The notes under the pieces are model-generated. The model saw only the letters and a program-made list of their open reading frames with translations. It was not told the DNA's origin and did not search any database. Positions 10,531-20,847 of a stretch of 64,000 nucleotides of DNA are shown here, in pieces. The translations under genes were made by a program, and so were the position numbers. Every line of letters starts with the position of its first letter. The stretch's first letter is position 1. The DNA is from Candidatus Poribacteria bacterium (GTDB lineage Bacteria > Poribacteria > WGA-4E > WGA-3G). The stretch covers positions 1,632,001 to 1,696,000 of the forward strand of contig OZ219753.1 of assembly GCA_964291315.2 (NCBI GenBank), in the 5' to 3' direction.

Positions 10531-11592
10531 CTAAACCTCACCGTCCCAGTAGCTAAGACTTGGGTCTTTCCGGTAAATTTTCCCGAGTGCATAGGGCAAG
10601 ACCTTGTTTGAATCCGGATATTCGCTAATATCGTGCGGTGTAGTGGTTCCGAGCATAAATAACACGGCTGGTGTGTCGCTGTTATTTACAAATTTATGTG
10701 CACCGGTTGTGCCGGGCGGGAATGCGATGAAATCCCCGGCTCTTACTTCCGCGTCGCCACGGGGGGTTTTGAGGGTGCAAGTACCTTCCATGACATAGCA
10801 CATCTCTTCCCCGAAGTTGTGAAAATGCATCGGGAAGCTCATCTTACCCGGTAGGAGCCGGATGACGCGATATCCCAAGTTCTTGCCGCCAATGAGCGGG
10901 TCAATGTCTTTATCTTCAAAATCATACGGGGGCGGTGCATTTTTATCCTGCCACTCTATTTCATCGATATGGATACGGTTGATATAGATGTCTCGGCGCG
11001 CCTGCAGGCAGTCAACGAGGGGTTGGCGTGCATCTTTAAAGAGGGAGTGTCCGTCGCCAACAAGGATACTGTTAAACCGGAGCGCCAAAATCTTACGGAG
11101 TTGGAGTGCAGCTTTAGACGGGGCGCTCAATTTTTCATCGGAGAGTAATGTCAAGGCCCCCATCGGTTCGCCTACGACTAGATCCCCGAACAGAACTGCA
11201 CCTTTCTTGGGGAAGTAGAGTGCAATCTCGCCAGGGCTTTTTCCATACTTGAGATGGATCGCGTGGAGGCCTGGGACAATAGTCTCTTGGTGCTGTATTG
11301 TCCTGGTTGGTTTCATACTCAGTGCCATGGCCTCAGCCTCATGCACAATCACGTCTGCGCCTGTCTGCTCTTGAAAAAATGCGGTTTCGCGTTCGTGATC
11401 TGCATTCGTCAGCAGGATCGACTTCGCGCCGCCGAGTGCTGTGAGGTGTTCTTGGTCAGCAGCGGACATGGCCACCGGGTCTATGAGGATATTCCCGTCG
11501 GGGCGTACCCACAAGTGCCCGTTAAAATCTACCTGTCGCTCCGGACTAAAGACACTCCAGCTGTATATATCTTCAAAAATTAAACGTTTCAT
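10531..11592 (-). CDS. MBL-fold hydrolase-like domain fused to cupin domain
   Basis: ILIDP, LLTNADHER, LFGD, LVGDG (MBL fold); PMHFH..EE..Y..EG...GAHKFVN (cupin). Confidence 0.75.
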   Translation of the reverse strand: MKRLIFEDIYSWSVFSPERQVDFNGHLWVRPDGNILIDPVAMSAADQEHLTALGGAKSILLTNADHERETAFFQEQTGADVIVHEAEAMALSMKPTRTIQHQETIVPGLHAIHLKYGKSPGEIALYFPKKGAVLFGDLVVGEPMGALTLLSDEKLSAPSKAALQLRKILALRFNSILVGDGHSLFKDARQPLVDCLQARRDIYINRIHIDEIEWQDKNAPPPYDFEDKDIDPLIGGKNLGYRVIRLLPGKMSFPMHFHNFGEEMCYVMEGTCTLKTPRGDAEVRAGDFIAFPPGTTGAHKFVNNSDTPAVLFMLGTTTPHDISEYPDSNKVLPYALGKIYRKDPSLSYWDGEV

Positions 11593-11612
11593 TGTCGCAT
11601 GCCCGCATAGCG

Positions 11613-12155
11613 TTAGTTGCTAGGCGGTCCCTCCTTTGAGACAAACCCGTAAACTTCAAGTTCGTGGACAAACGCTCTCCCCAATGCTATCTGCGGTACG
11701 ATTGCCCCACGCTTCGGATCATATCTGTTAGCCTTCTTTTTATCGTCGGTAGTGCCACTGATGTAGACACGGATTGCGTTTGTCACAACGCCGCTGACAC
11801 GCATCTCAATGATTTGACTCTCGTTGTTCTGAATTTGCTGAATTGCCCGCCAACGTCCCTCGCCCTCCAATTTTTCGTATACCATGGCATTTATGATGTT
11901 AGTTCCGCGGATAGTGATTCTATGAATCGCCTTTTGCGTTGGCAGGTTTAGATGTATCCATCTTCCAGAAGCGTACCCCCTCGTCTTTACGTCACCATCT
12001 ATCATTTCTGGCGAAGTACAAGTGACTCCTTCTGTGATGGCGTAGTTGTAAAATTCCTGGGGTTCAAACAAGACCTGCAGCGCCTTGGATTGGCACCCTG
12101 AAAAGATAACGATCGTGCAAATTGCTGATAAGATATAGATGTAGTAGCGCGGCAT
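11613..12155 (-). CDS. putative lipoprotein (discoidin/galactose-binding-like fold possible)
   Basis: Lipobox FSGC; ends ...HELEVYG. Confidence 0.6.
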   Translation of the reverse strand: MPRYYIYILSAICTIVIFSGCQSKALQVLFEPQEFYNYAITEGVTCTSPEMIDGDVKTRGYASGRWIHLNLPTQKAIHRITIRGTNIINAMVYEKLEGEGRWRAIQQIQNNESQIIEMRVSGVVTNAIRVYISGTTDDKKKANRYDPKRGAIVPQIALGRAFVHELEVYGFVSKEGPPSN

Positions 12156-12396
12156 CTGTTCCCTCCGTTATCCATTTCTGCTCTTCGAAGATAGTATACC
12201 ACAGCTCTCTTTTTCTGTGAAGCAGCATTTTGTAGCGATGTTTCGGTTGTGGTTGTCCACCTATTAGGGCTTGGAATATGAGAACGTTGTTTTAAAATAG
12301 AAGATGTGGTATAATAATTACTGTAAACATGGATTTCTACGAGGGGCGCGGTTTTCTAAAGCGCCCCTCGGATTGGGCCCTAACATAGGAGGAATT

Positions 12397-13434
12397 ATGT
12401 ATAAAAGCGCGATTTTGGGTTGTCGGGGACGAGCACGCGGGCACGCTCGCGCCTATCAACACGTTAAGGGCGGCACGCTCGCCGCTATCTGCGATATGAA
12501 CGAAGAACTGCTCAACAACTTCGGAGACGAATTCGGGATTGATGCCCGTTATACCGACCTTGATGAGATGCTTTCGAAGGAAAAACCCGACCTGCTACAC
12601 ATCGTTACTGCACCGGTCTTACGCGGCAGCAACGCGCGGATCCGTTACCCGCTTATGAATCAAGCGTCCGAGCACGGCGTGCCTGCAGCAATTGTGGAAA
12701 AGCCGATCGCTGTAGAGAGCGAGGACTGGCGACAAATTTCCGAACTCGCTGAACGCACGCAAACAAAGTTCGTCGTCAACACACAGCTCAATTTTCACCC
12801 CCAAAACCTCGCTCTCAAACGGGATGTGGCGGAAGGTAAAATTGGGGCCATTAAATTTATTGAAGCAAGTGCACGCAATCCGCCCGTCGATCAAGCCCCA
12901 CATGTGCTGCAACTTGTGTCCTCTTATATTGATAACTCCCGTCCGGTGAAGGTGCAAGGACAAATCTCCGGCAGCGGGCAATTGGACTCGGCGCAACCTT
13001 CGCCCGCGAACGCTACAGCACTCGTCACCTACGCAAACGGCGTGCAAACCTCACTTGCATTCGGTCCAGAGATGGCACCCCGTGTGCTGCCGGACACTTC
13101 AAACAATAGACATAAACGCGTCTGTGTATTCGGGGAAACCGGGTTCGTTCACTGGCGATTTGAGAGCTGGGAGCGCCACCTCCCCGCAACCGGATACGAA
13201 GGTGGAGACCTGAATTACGGCGCACAGGACATCATCGCACAAGGCGGACTTACAGAAGCGGTCTTCGAATGGCTTGACGATGAAAACAAGGTACATCCGA
13301 CGCATCTCAAACAGTCCCTGGCTGAGTTTAACTTGCTGCTGGGTATTTACTATAGCGGTTTGACGAACACCGTCGTGGAATTGCCCTTTGATCCGCCTGA
13401 TGGGATGATCGGTATGTTCAGAGAGCGGCTTTAA
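12397..13434 (+). CDS. Gfo/Idh/MocA family oxidoreductase
   Basis: AILGCRGRA, AICD, VEKPIA; AGGAGG RBS before ATG 12397. Confidence 0.88.
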   Translation: MYKSAILGCRGRARGHARAYQHVKGGTLAAICDMNEELLNNFGDEFGIDARYTDLDEMLSKEKPDLLHIVTAPVLRGSNARIRYPLMNQASEHGVPAAIVEKPIAVESEDWRQISELAERTQTKFVVNTQLNFHPQNLALKRDVAEGKIGAIKFIEASARNPPVDQAPHVLQLVSSYIDNSRPVKVQGQISGSGQLDSAQPSPANATALVTYANGVQTSLAFGPEMAPRVLPDTSNNRHKRVCVFGETGFVHWRFESWERHLPATGYEGGDLNYGAQDIIAQGGLTEAVFEWLDDENKVHPTHLKQSLAEFNLLLGIYYSGLTNTVVELPFDPPDGMIGMFRERL

Positions 13435-13505
13435 AATTCGCAATTTCGATAAGCCACGCCTACTCAAAATGAACCCGAATTCACGGGTATAGAGGTATTC
13501 CTCTG

Positions 13506-14657
13506 GTGAACAACATTATCTACATGGACAACCATGCGACAACCCCGATCGCCCCGGAGGTATTGGAAGCGATGATGCCTTACCTCACAACGCATTTCGG
13601 CAACGCTTCCAGCACACACCGGTTCGGCACGACAGCGAAGGACGCGGTAGAGAAAGCACGCCATCAAATCGCCAGATTGCTCGGATGCTCGGCAGGTGAG
13701 GTCTTCTTTACCAGCGGTGCAACTGAATCGGACAACCTCGCCATCAAAGGAGTCGCCTACGCTTGTAGAGAAAAGGGGAACCACATCATCACAAGCACAG
13801 CAGAACACCATGCCGTCCTCGATGCATGCCACGCATTGGCAGCAGACGGGTTTGAGACTACATATCTCCCCGTAGACAGATACGGACAAGTCAACCCTGA
13901 TGATGTGGAGGCGGCGATAACACCCCAGACAACTCTGATGAGTTTCATGTACGCAAACAACGAAGTCGGCACAATAAACCCGATACCTGATATTGCGGCT
14001 GTGGCTGCCAAACACGGGGTGCTTTTCCATTCAGATGCCGTGCAAGGGATTGGGCAGCTGCTATCAGATATGAAGAGACTCGGTGCAGATCTTGCCTCCC
14101 TGACCGCACACAAAATTTACGGTCCAAAGGGCATCGGTGCACTTTACATCCGTCAAGATCTCCCTCGACTGCATTCGCTTTTTCACGGCGGCGGACAGGA
14201 ATCACGGGTTCGCCCCGGCACCTTGAACGTCGCCGGGATTGTCGGTTTGGGCGCAGCGTGTGAACTTGCTAAAGATTATATAGCATCACCGAAAAGTTGT
14301 ATATCAACGTTACGCGATACGCTTCATCAAAAGTTAGAGACGCACTTAGAACGGGTTCATCTCAACGGACACCCCGAACAACGGTTACCAGGAAATCTGA
14401 ACCTCTGTTTTGCCGGTGTGCAAAGTCATGCTTTACTGGCAGGATTAAAAAACGTTGCAGTGTCAACAGGTTCAGCATGTGATTCGGAGTCGGTGAAAGC
14501 GTCACACGTTCTGAGCGCAATGCGGGTCCCGAACGAATTGGCATTGACTGCCGTCCGTTTCGGCTTGGGGCGCTATAACACGCCTCAGGAGGTGGATGTG
14601 GTTGTAGATGAAGTCGTACGGGTCGTTAATCGAGTGCGTGCATTGGCACCCGAATGA
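13506..14657 (+). CDS. iscS: cysteine desulfurase (IscS/NifS group I)
   Basis: YMDNHATTP, FTSGATESDN, AHKIYGPKGIG, VSTGSAC. Confidence 0.92.
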   Translation: MNNIIYMDNHATTPIAPEVLEAMMPYLTTHFGNASSTHRFGTTAKDAVEKARHQIARLLGCSAGEVFFTSGATESDNLAIKGVAYACREKGNHIITSTAEHHAVLDACHALAADGFETTYLPVDRYGQVNPDDVEAAITPQTTLMSFMYANNEVGTINPIPDIAAVAAKHGVLFHSDAVQGIGQLLSDMKRLGADLASLTAHKIYGPKGIGALYIRQDLPRLHSLFHGGGQESRVRPGTLNVAGIVGLGAACELAKDYIASPKSCISTLRDTLHQKLETHLERVHLNGHPEQRLPGNLNLCFAGVQSHALLAGLKNVAVSTGSACDSESVKASHVLSAMRVPNELALTAVRFGLGRYNTPQEVDVVVDEVVRVVNRVRALAPE

Positions 14658-14671
14658 TAAAGTCGCCAAGT

Positions 14672-14830
14672 CAAACTCTTAAAATCTTTTCAGAATGGCC
14701 TGCCGCTAGCTCCTAGCGACGGATCCTAATTTGGATATCAGTCTCGGCAATAATTGGCATCTTTTTCGGGCTGTATCCGGCTTTAAAAGCCTCCTCACTT
14801 TCACCGATAGAGGCACTTCGCGCCGATTAA
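14672..14830 (+). pseudogene. 3' remnant of a MacB/FtsX-family permease
   Basis: Translates KIFSEWPAASS*RRILIWISVSAIIGIFFGLYPALKASSLSPIEALRAD*, matching the C-terminus of the downstream permease. Confidence 0.85.
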
Positions 14831-15104
14831 TTCCGATGCAAACCCACTAAACCTATTCTGTTTAATTACGTCTAAAAATCAATTGAAAGTTGGCCATCTG
14901 GTAAGACGTAAGAAATAAATGAGTACTTCACTCTCCGGTGCGGAGTGTCTAATTAATCCTAAACCTTACCATAAATTGTGGGCATAGGGACGTGCAAAGC
15001 GCATCAACAGATAAGAAATTTCACGAAGAGAGTGAACTTTATTATCGCGTTATTTGTCTAACCTATCAAACGTAGTATTATACTATTTAATTAGGAGGCA
15101 GGAG

Positions 15105-16409
15105 ATGCGTATATTTGAAGGTTTCTCTGTAGGTGTTTCTGCTATTCGTAGCAACAAAATGCGGTCGTTACTGACGATGCTCGGTATCATTATCGGCGTT
15201 GCCTCGGTACTTGCGATGATTGCTATTGGCGATGGTGCGAAGGCGATTGTCCTACAAGATGCTCAGAAATTAGGTGGTGTGAACCAATTTACGATGTACC
15301 GGAGCAGTCACAAACGGGTGAAGAATCGCTGGGTGCCGAATCGTAGCAATGAGTACTTTGAGTACGACGATGTATTGGCAATTGAGGCGGAGTGTCCGTC
15401 TGTCGAGTTGGTTGTTCCGCGCATCCCTGAGTGGCGCGGTATTCTTGTGCAAGCTGCCGGTGGAGCTGAACACCGGACCGGCTATAACGGCGTAAACGCT
15501 TCGTTTGCAGAAGCAATGGATTGGGGCATTCAACAAGGCCGTTTTATTTCGGATGAGGATATAAGCAACGAATCGAAGGTTTGCGTGATTGGTTCTGAGG
15601 TGGCGGCTGCTCTATTTAGCAAGACCTCGCCGCTAGGACAAGAAATTAAAATCGGCAAAGGGTCTGGTGGACGCTTCGATCGTTACGGTAGGCGGGATCA
15701 AAGACGGATAACCGAGCGTTTCACTGTTGTCGGTACCATGGAAAGCCGGGGCCGAAGCCTCCGATTCGGCTGGAATTTAGACGATATGATCTTTATACCG
15801 CTTACAACAGTCCAGGACCGTTTCACCGGAAACGATAGAATCGTTATGCTTTCCGTTCACGCGCATACTGTAGAGGAAGTGCCGCAAGCGATAGAAGAGG
15901 TAAAATCAGTTCTTCGGAAACGACATAAAGGTCAAGATGATTTTTTTTCTATCTGGGATATGCGGGAAGGCATGGCGCAGTTGGATAAAATCAGTCAAGT
16001 GATAAAAATTGCTTTAGGGAGCATCGCCGGATTCTCGCTACTTGTTGGCGGCATCGGTATCATGAACATGATGTTGGTTGCCGTAACGGAACGCACACGC
16101 GAGATCGGTTTAAGGAAAGCAGTAGGCGCGAAACGCCACGACATTCTGTTGCAGTTTTTAATAGAAGCTGTCGCGATGTGTAGCGTCGGCGGAGCATTGG
16201 GGGTTCTCGTCGGTATCTTTGCCGGCGAAGCGATGGCAATGCTCGCTGTCAACATTGTCAAAATTGTGCCTGAATGGCCCTCCGTTATCTCAACAGAGTG
16301 GATACTCATTTCTGTATCCTTCTCAGCGGTAATCGGTATCTCCTTCGGGCTGTATCCGGCGATAAAGGCTTCTGCTCTCGCTCCGATTGAGGCACTCCGT
16401 ATCGATTAG
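15105..16409 (+). CDS. MacB/FtsX-family ABC permease
   Basis: RSLLTMLGIIIGVASV, GGIGIMNMMLVAVTERTREIGLRKAVGA, GLYPA..A..L.PIEALR. Confidence 0.92.
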   Translation: MRIFEGFSVGVSAIRSNKMRSLLTMLGIIIGVASVLAMIAIGDGAKAIVLQDAQKLGGVNQFTMYRSSHKRVKNRWVPNRSNEYFEYDDVLAIEAECPSVELVVPRIPEWRGILVQAAGGAEHRTGYNGVNASFAEAMDWGIQQGRFISDEDISNESKVCVIGSEVAAALFSKTSPLGQEIKIGKGSGGRFDRYGRRDQRRITERFTVVGTMESRGRSLRFGWNLDDMIFIPLTTVQDRFTGNDRIVMLSVHAHTVEEVPQAIEEVKSVLRKRHKGQDDFFSIWDMREGMAQLDKISQVIKIALGSIAGFSLLVGGIGIMNMMLVAVTERTREIGLRKAVGAKRHDILLQFLIEAVAMCSVGGALGVLVGIFAGEAMAMLAVNIVKIVPEWPSVISTEWILISVSFSAVIGISFGLYPAIKASALAPIEALRID

Positions 16410-16421
16410 GAGGAAATCTAA

Positions 16422-17738
16422 ATGAATCTGTTTGAATGTGCCATCTTAGGCATTTCCAGTTTGCGGCGGAACCCACTTCGTTCTTCCCTAACGATCTTAG
16501 GAATCATCGTCGGTGTCGCCTCCGTTGTCAGTATGGTATCCGTCGGCGACGGGTCAAGTGCGATGGTGTTGCGAGAGATCGAGCGGACAGGCGGCACCAA
16601 AATGATTGAGGTCTATAAGGACGAATGGGATAAGCAGTCAGGCACTTTGAGCCGAGCAGCTGGATCCACTGTGCATAGCAAGGGACGATGGCGAAGAAAC
16701 CGCGCTGAGGACCTGGAAACCGAGGACGCTTTTGAGATCCTGAATCACGCACGCGGGGTTGTCAACGTGGTTGCGGAAGACGATATGGGCGGATGGACGG
16801 TAAATTACAAGGGACGCACGAAGGAATCTCGCATCGTCGCATCAACTGCTGGATATGACCAATCGCACAATTGGTATCCTTCCAATGGTAGATTTTTCAG
16901 CGCTGAAGAGGTGGAAACGGCAAGTAGCGTCGCTGTGATCGGCGCTAAAGTTGCGGAAGAGGTTTTTCTGGGTGAAGATCCGGTTGGAAAAGAGATCAAA
17001 GCTGCCCGTCCGTCTTATTGGCGTGGCAGAAGAGGACTCTATGAGGTGCGGCTGAAGGTTATCGGCGTGATGGAAGAAAAAGGCGATGCCATGGACACCT
17101 CCGGTTGGGACGACCGGTTTATCATTCCGATAACCACACTTCAGCAGCGTTTCAAAGGCCGCGAAGACGTGGAACGTATCCGCATAGAAGCAGCAGATGT
17201 GAGTACAATTCCGATTGCAATCGCAGATGCCAAACGGATCTTAGGAAGACAACACAATAACACGGGTGAAGAATACAACTATTGGACTGCCAGCGAGGAG
17301 CTCGCAACCGCTAATAGAGTCGGCTTAGTGATGAAGGCCTTGATGGGCGGAATCGCTGGGATCGCCCTGATGGTTGCTGGCATCGGGGTGATGAACATCA
17401 TGCTAGTTTCCGTTACCGACCGGACGAAGGAAATAGGATTGCGGAAGGCACTGGGAGCAACCCGCGGCGATATTCTGACACAATTTCTGATCGAATCTGC
17501 GGTATTGACCCTCTCCGGTGGCATTCTCGGGGCAATCTTAGGCATTTTTATGGGCCGTGGTACCGCGGCACTCATTTCTAAGTTTGTCTGGGAGGGCAGC
17601 AACTGGCCCTCAATCGTCTCATTTGGCACAATGCTGATTGCGTTAGTGGTTTCAGTCGCTATTGGCATTTTTTTCGGGTTGTATCCAGCTAACAAAGCGG
17701 CGAAACTCACGCCTGTTGAAGCACTCCGGTCCGATTAA
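16422..17738 (+). CDS. MacB/FtsX-family ABC permease
   Basis: RSSLTILGIIVGVASV, VMNIMLVSVTDRTKEIGLRKALGA. Confidence 0.92.
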   Translation: MNLFECAILGISSLRRNPLRSSLTILGIIVGVASVVSMVSVGDGSSAMVLREIERTGGTKMIEVYKDEWDKQSGTLSRAAGSTVHSKGRWRRNRAEDLETEDAFEILNHARGVVNVVAEDDMGGWTVNYKGRTKESRIVASTAGYDQSHNWYPSNGRFFSAEEVETASSVAVIGAKVAEEVFLGEDPVGKEIKAARPSYWRGRRGLYEVRLKVIGVMEEKGDAMDTSGWDDRFIIPITTLQQRFKGREDVERIRIEAADVSTIPIAIADAKRILGRQHNNTGEEYNYWTASEELATANRVGLVMKALMGGIAGIALMVAGIGVMNIMLVSVTDRTKEIGLRKALGATRGDILTQFLIESAVLTLSGGILGAILGIFMGRGTAALISKFVWEGSNWPSIVSFGTMLIALVVSVAIGIFFGLYPANKAAKLTPVEALRSD

Positions 17739-17887
17739 TATAACCGAGCGTGCTATTCGAAATAGCCTTGAACACAACATCCGGGGCGGCGTTCCACAGA
17801 GTGCCGACCCCGATGAGACGGTGCCCGTCTCTGCTAAGCTCTTGAGAGATCGGGCATCAACGAACATTCTCATAGGAGGGATTAGCC

Positions 17888-19774
17888 TTGAGAAATCTAA
17901 TTGTTACTGTTGCCGTTGTTTTGGTGCTTGTCGTTGCAATCGGCTGGGTTGTGCTCGGGCGCGGCAAAAATGGGACCGATCCGACGCCCGACCAGAAAGT
18001 CGAAGTTATTAAACGCGACAGCTTCCAAATGCGCATCAGTGCAACCGGCAACTTAGAACCACTTCTCGACGTGGAAATTAAATCCAACGTTGAAGGTGAA
18101 ATCATTAAACTTCACGTTAAAAATAGCGATTATGTTGAAAAAGACCAGATATTGATAGAACTCGACCCGGAGCTCTACCAAGAAGGCAAAAAACAAGCGG
18201 AAGCGGATGTCCGAGCTGCTACTGCACAAGTCAAACAGGCAGACTTAAACATTCAACTTAAAAACGAACGGCTTGAAAGTCAACTAACACAAGCTGATGC
18301 CGATTTGAAGATCGCGCAAGCCAACCTGGAGACGGCTAAAGCCACAACTATAACACAAATCAGCCAAGCAGAGACAAACATCCAGACCACACAGAACTCG
18401 CTCGACCAAGACCACATAGCGTTAGAGCAAGCCAAAATCGCGCTCGAACAAGCAAAGATTACACTGGCGGAGCAGGAAACGTCCATGAAATCCGCCAAGA
18501 TTTCATTAGACAACGCGAAGTCAGAACTCGATCGAAACACTGAACTCTTTGAAAAGGGACTGGTTTCCAAAAAATCTCTGGAAGACGCACAAGCACAGTA
18601 CGCAAACGCAGAGGCTCAGTATGAAACCTCCCAGAAACGTGTTGAGTCGCAGAAGCAGACGATCGTTTCCCAGGAACGGACCATTAAAGTCCGTGAAAGT
18701 TCCATAGCCAACAGGGAGGCAACGTTGGAAAACCAGAAGTTGAACCTCGAAAACCTCAAGAAGATGCGTAAGAAAACTGAGGAAGAGGCCCAACTCCGGG
18801 TTGACAATGCTGAGACGCAACTCAATGAATTGATGCTCACCTTCGATAATGAAAAATCGTTGACGGAGCAATCCAAAGTCAGTGCTGAAGCGAATAAACT
18901 TCGCAGGGAAAGTAGCCTGAAAAATGAAGTAGAACGACTTGAGTGGACTACGATTAAGGCACCGATGGCGGGCATCGTTACGCTCTTGGAGCTTGAAGAG
19001 GGCGAAATTGTGACCTCCGGGCGCTCAGCGTTTTCGCAAAGCCCGCCCCTTATGACAATCGTTGATCCGTCCAAAATGGTTGTCAAAACGTTTATCAACG
19101 AGGTCGATATGGAGCGGCTGCGTCTCGATCAAAAAGTAGAAATTGTTGTGGATGCCTTTCAAAATAAAAAATACGAGGGGCGGGTCTATGAAATTTCACC
19201 CAGCGGGCAGGAACAAGATAATATCATTTCCTTTGAAGTGATGGTAGAGGTTCTCGGATCTCCTGAAGAGCTTCGCCCCGGCATGAGTGCGGACGTTGAC
19301 ATCATCACCTATGAAGAGAAGAACGTGCTGATGGCACCCATTGATGCAGTCATCAGCGAAAAAGGGGCAATCGTCAACGCTCAAGTTGGTAATACATCTC
19401 CGTTCAAGCCGAACCAGCCGATCACGATGGAGACGGTCAGCGAGAAGACTTTCAACGGCACGGTCGAGAGCGTCGGAAACGGTAGTGTGACTATCCGTTT
19501 GGATGGCACGCAGCGCGGGATCCGGCCGGGGCCAGCGACGGTATCATTTCTTATCAAAGGGCGGAAAAAAGCCGACGGTGTCAGCGCACAGGTGAACCTC
19601 CTAAAAGGAAAATCCGTCATGTTAGACGACGGGAGTTCTAATGGCAAGAGAACGCCTGTTGAAACCGGAATGCAAAACGAGACACAGGTTATCATCAAAA
19701 GCGGTGTAACCGAGGGTGATCGAGTGTTTCTGCAGCAGCGGAAACCGCCACAAAGTCGTGGATGGGGGCGATAG
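17888..19774 (+). CDS. MacA/HlyD-type periplasmic adaptor with very long coiled coil
   Basis: N-terminal TM, ISATGNLEP..VEIKS..GEI lipoyl half, TTIKAPMAG, LRPGMSADVDI; TTG start after GGAGG. Confidence 0.88.
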   Translation: MRNLIVTVAVVLVLVVAIGWVVLGRGKNGTDPTPDQKVEVIKRDSFQMRISATGNLEPLLDVEIKSNVEGEIIKLHVKNSDYVEKDQILIELDPELYQEGKKQAEADVRAATAQVKQADLNIQLKNERLESQLTQADADLKIAQANLETAKATTITQISQAETNIQTTQNSLDQDHIALEQAKIALEQAKITLAEQETSMKSAKISLDNAKSELDRNTELFEKGLVSKKSLEDAQAQYANAEAQYETSQKRVESQKQTIVSQERTIKVRESSIANREATLENQKLNLENLKKMRKKTEEEAQLRVDNAETQLNELMLTFDNEKSLTEQSKVSAEANKLRRESSLKNEVERLEWTTIKAPMAGIVTLLELEEGEIVTSGRSAFSQSPPLMTIVDPSKMVVKTFINEVDMERLRLDQKVEIVVDAFQNKKYEGRVYEISPSGQEQDNIISFEVMVEVLGSPEELRPGMSADVDIITYEEKNVLMAPIDAVISEKGAIVNAQVGNTSPFKPNQPITMETVSEKTFNGTVESVGNGSVTIRLDGTQRGIRPGPATVSFLIKGRKKADGVSAQVNLLKGKSVMLDDGSSNGKRTPVETGMQNETQVIIKSGVTEGDRVFLQQRKPPQSRGWGR

Positions 19775-19816
19775 ACAGAAGTATTCGCTGCCTCGATCTT
19801 CAGATCGAGGCACGCA

Positions 19817-20617
19817 CTACAGCTGAATCACCTGTCCATCATAGGCAAGATAGGCATTGTCGGAGAGCTCAATCTCCATCTCTTCACACTGCTCCGGGAA
19901 ATACCGATGGTCCAACCGGTGCATGATATGTGTAAAGCGGGTGATTTTCGGTTTCAGGGCCCTGCTAATTTCTAACGCTTCACCAACCGAGAGATGCGTC
20001 GGGTGTCGCGGGTTGAAACTCAACGCGTCAATTACCAATACCTCAATTCCGTTCAATAAGTCTTGCGACGCGGCCGGCAGTCGTTTGACATCTGGGAGAT
20101 ACCCGAAATCGTCGACGCGGTAGCCGTAGGTGTCAACATTTCCATGTTCAACTGGAATCGGTATAATATCAAAGCCGAGCAGTTCAAATCTCTGATCCGG
20201 CTCAACCACATTTGGCAGCAGATGCCCGACCCCGCCCCCCTGAAAGGTCTCCTTTGTGAACATATAATCGAAGTTGCGTTGTAAGATGTTCATCGTCTGC
20301 TTGGGACCGTAGATAGGCATATCCATCTGCTGCTTCCGGCACGGCATCACAATATCGTTTGTTCCGCTGACGTGGTCAGCGTGAGAATGTGTGAAAATAA
20401 CAGCATCTATCCAATCAATCTGATTCTGCACGATCTGATCCATGAAATTGGGACCGAGATCAAATTGAAGATGTTTTCCCTCTTTTTCTATATGGATCGA
20501 TGAACGGGTTCGATAGTTCTTCGAGTTAACGTCCCTTGCCTCTTCGCAAGTTTCACAATCACATTTATATTCAGGAACGCCTGTGGAGGTCCCTGTACCT
20601 AAAATCGTAATCTTCAT
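19817..20617 (-). CDS. PhnP/YycJ-like metallo-beta-lactamase-fold hydrolase
   Basis: LGTGTSTGVP..C.C..C, THSHADH, HPTH, THIMH, AYDG. Confidence 0.88.
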   Translation of the reverse strand: MKITILGTGTSTGVPEYKCDCETCEEARDVNSKNYRTRSSIHIEKEGKHLQFDLGPNFMDQIVQNQIDWIDAVIFTHSHADHVSGTNDIVMPCRKQQMDMPIYGPKQTMNILQRNFDYMFTKETFQGGGVGHLLPNVVEPDQRFELLGFDIIPIPVEHGNVDTYGYRVDDFGYLPDVKRLPAASQDLLNGIEVLVIDALSFNPRHPTHLSVGEALEISRALKPKITRFTHIMHRLDHRYFPEQCEEMEIELSDNAYLAYDGQVIQL

Positions 20618-20847
20618 TTTTCGGTATTAAATCTGCACACCTTGCTGTGTATTCGCCCCTAAGTGATCCGTTTCACGATGGTTGTCGACTAAGTCTAATC
20701 GTCTTCGGATTACAAAAGAGCTCTTAATAATTTTCAGCGTTTAACGTCCGGACCGGAGGATAAAAGAGAGAAAGGATGGAAGAACTCCGCGTCCAGCTAC
20801 GCTGCTTCTAATCGCCACTGGTTACTATTCTTTCTTACAACTATTAA

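Noticed and set aside
12340-12370. CGAGGGGCGC...GCGCCCCTCG hairpin as a mobile repeat
   Set aside because: Single copy in the window, so it cannot be distinguished from an ordinary 5' UTR stem-loop
14831-15104. Riboswitch in the long leader of the permease operon
   Set aside because: GGGACGTGCAAAGC resembles part of a c-di-GMP-I motif, but the other conserved elements were not found; a covariance-model search would be needed
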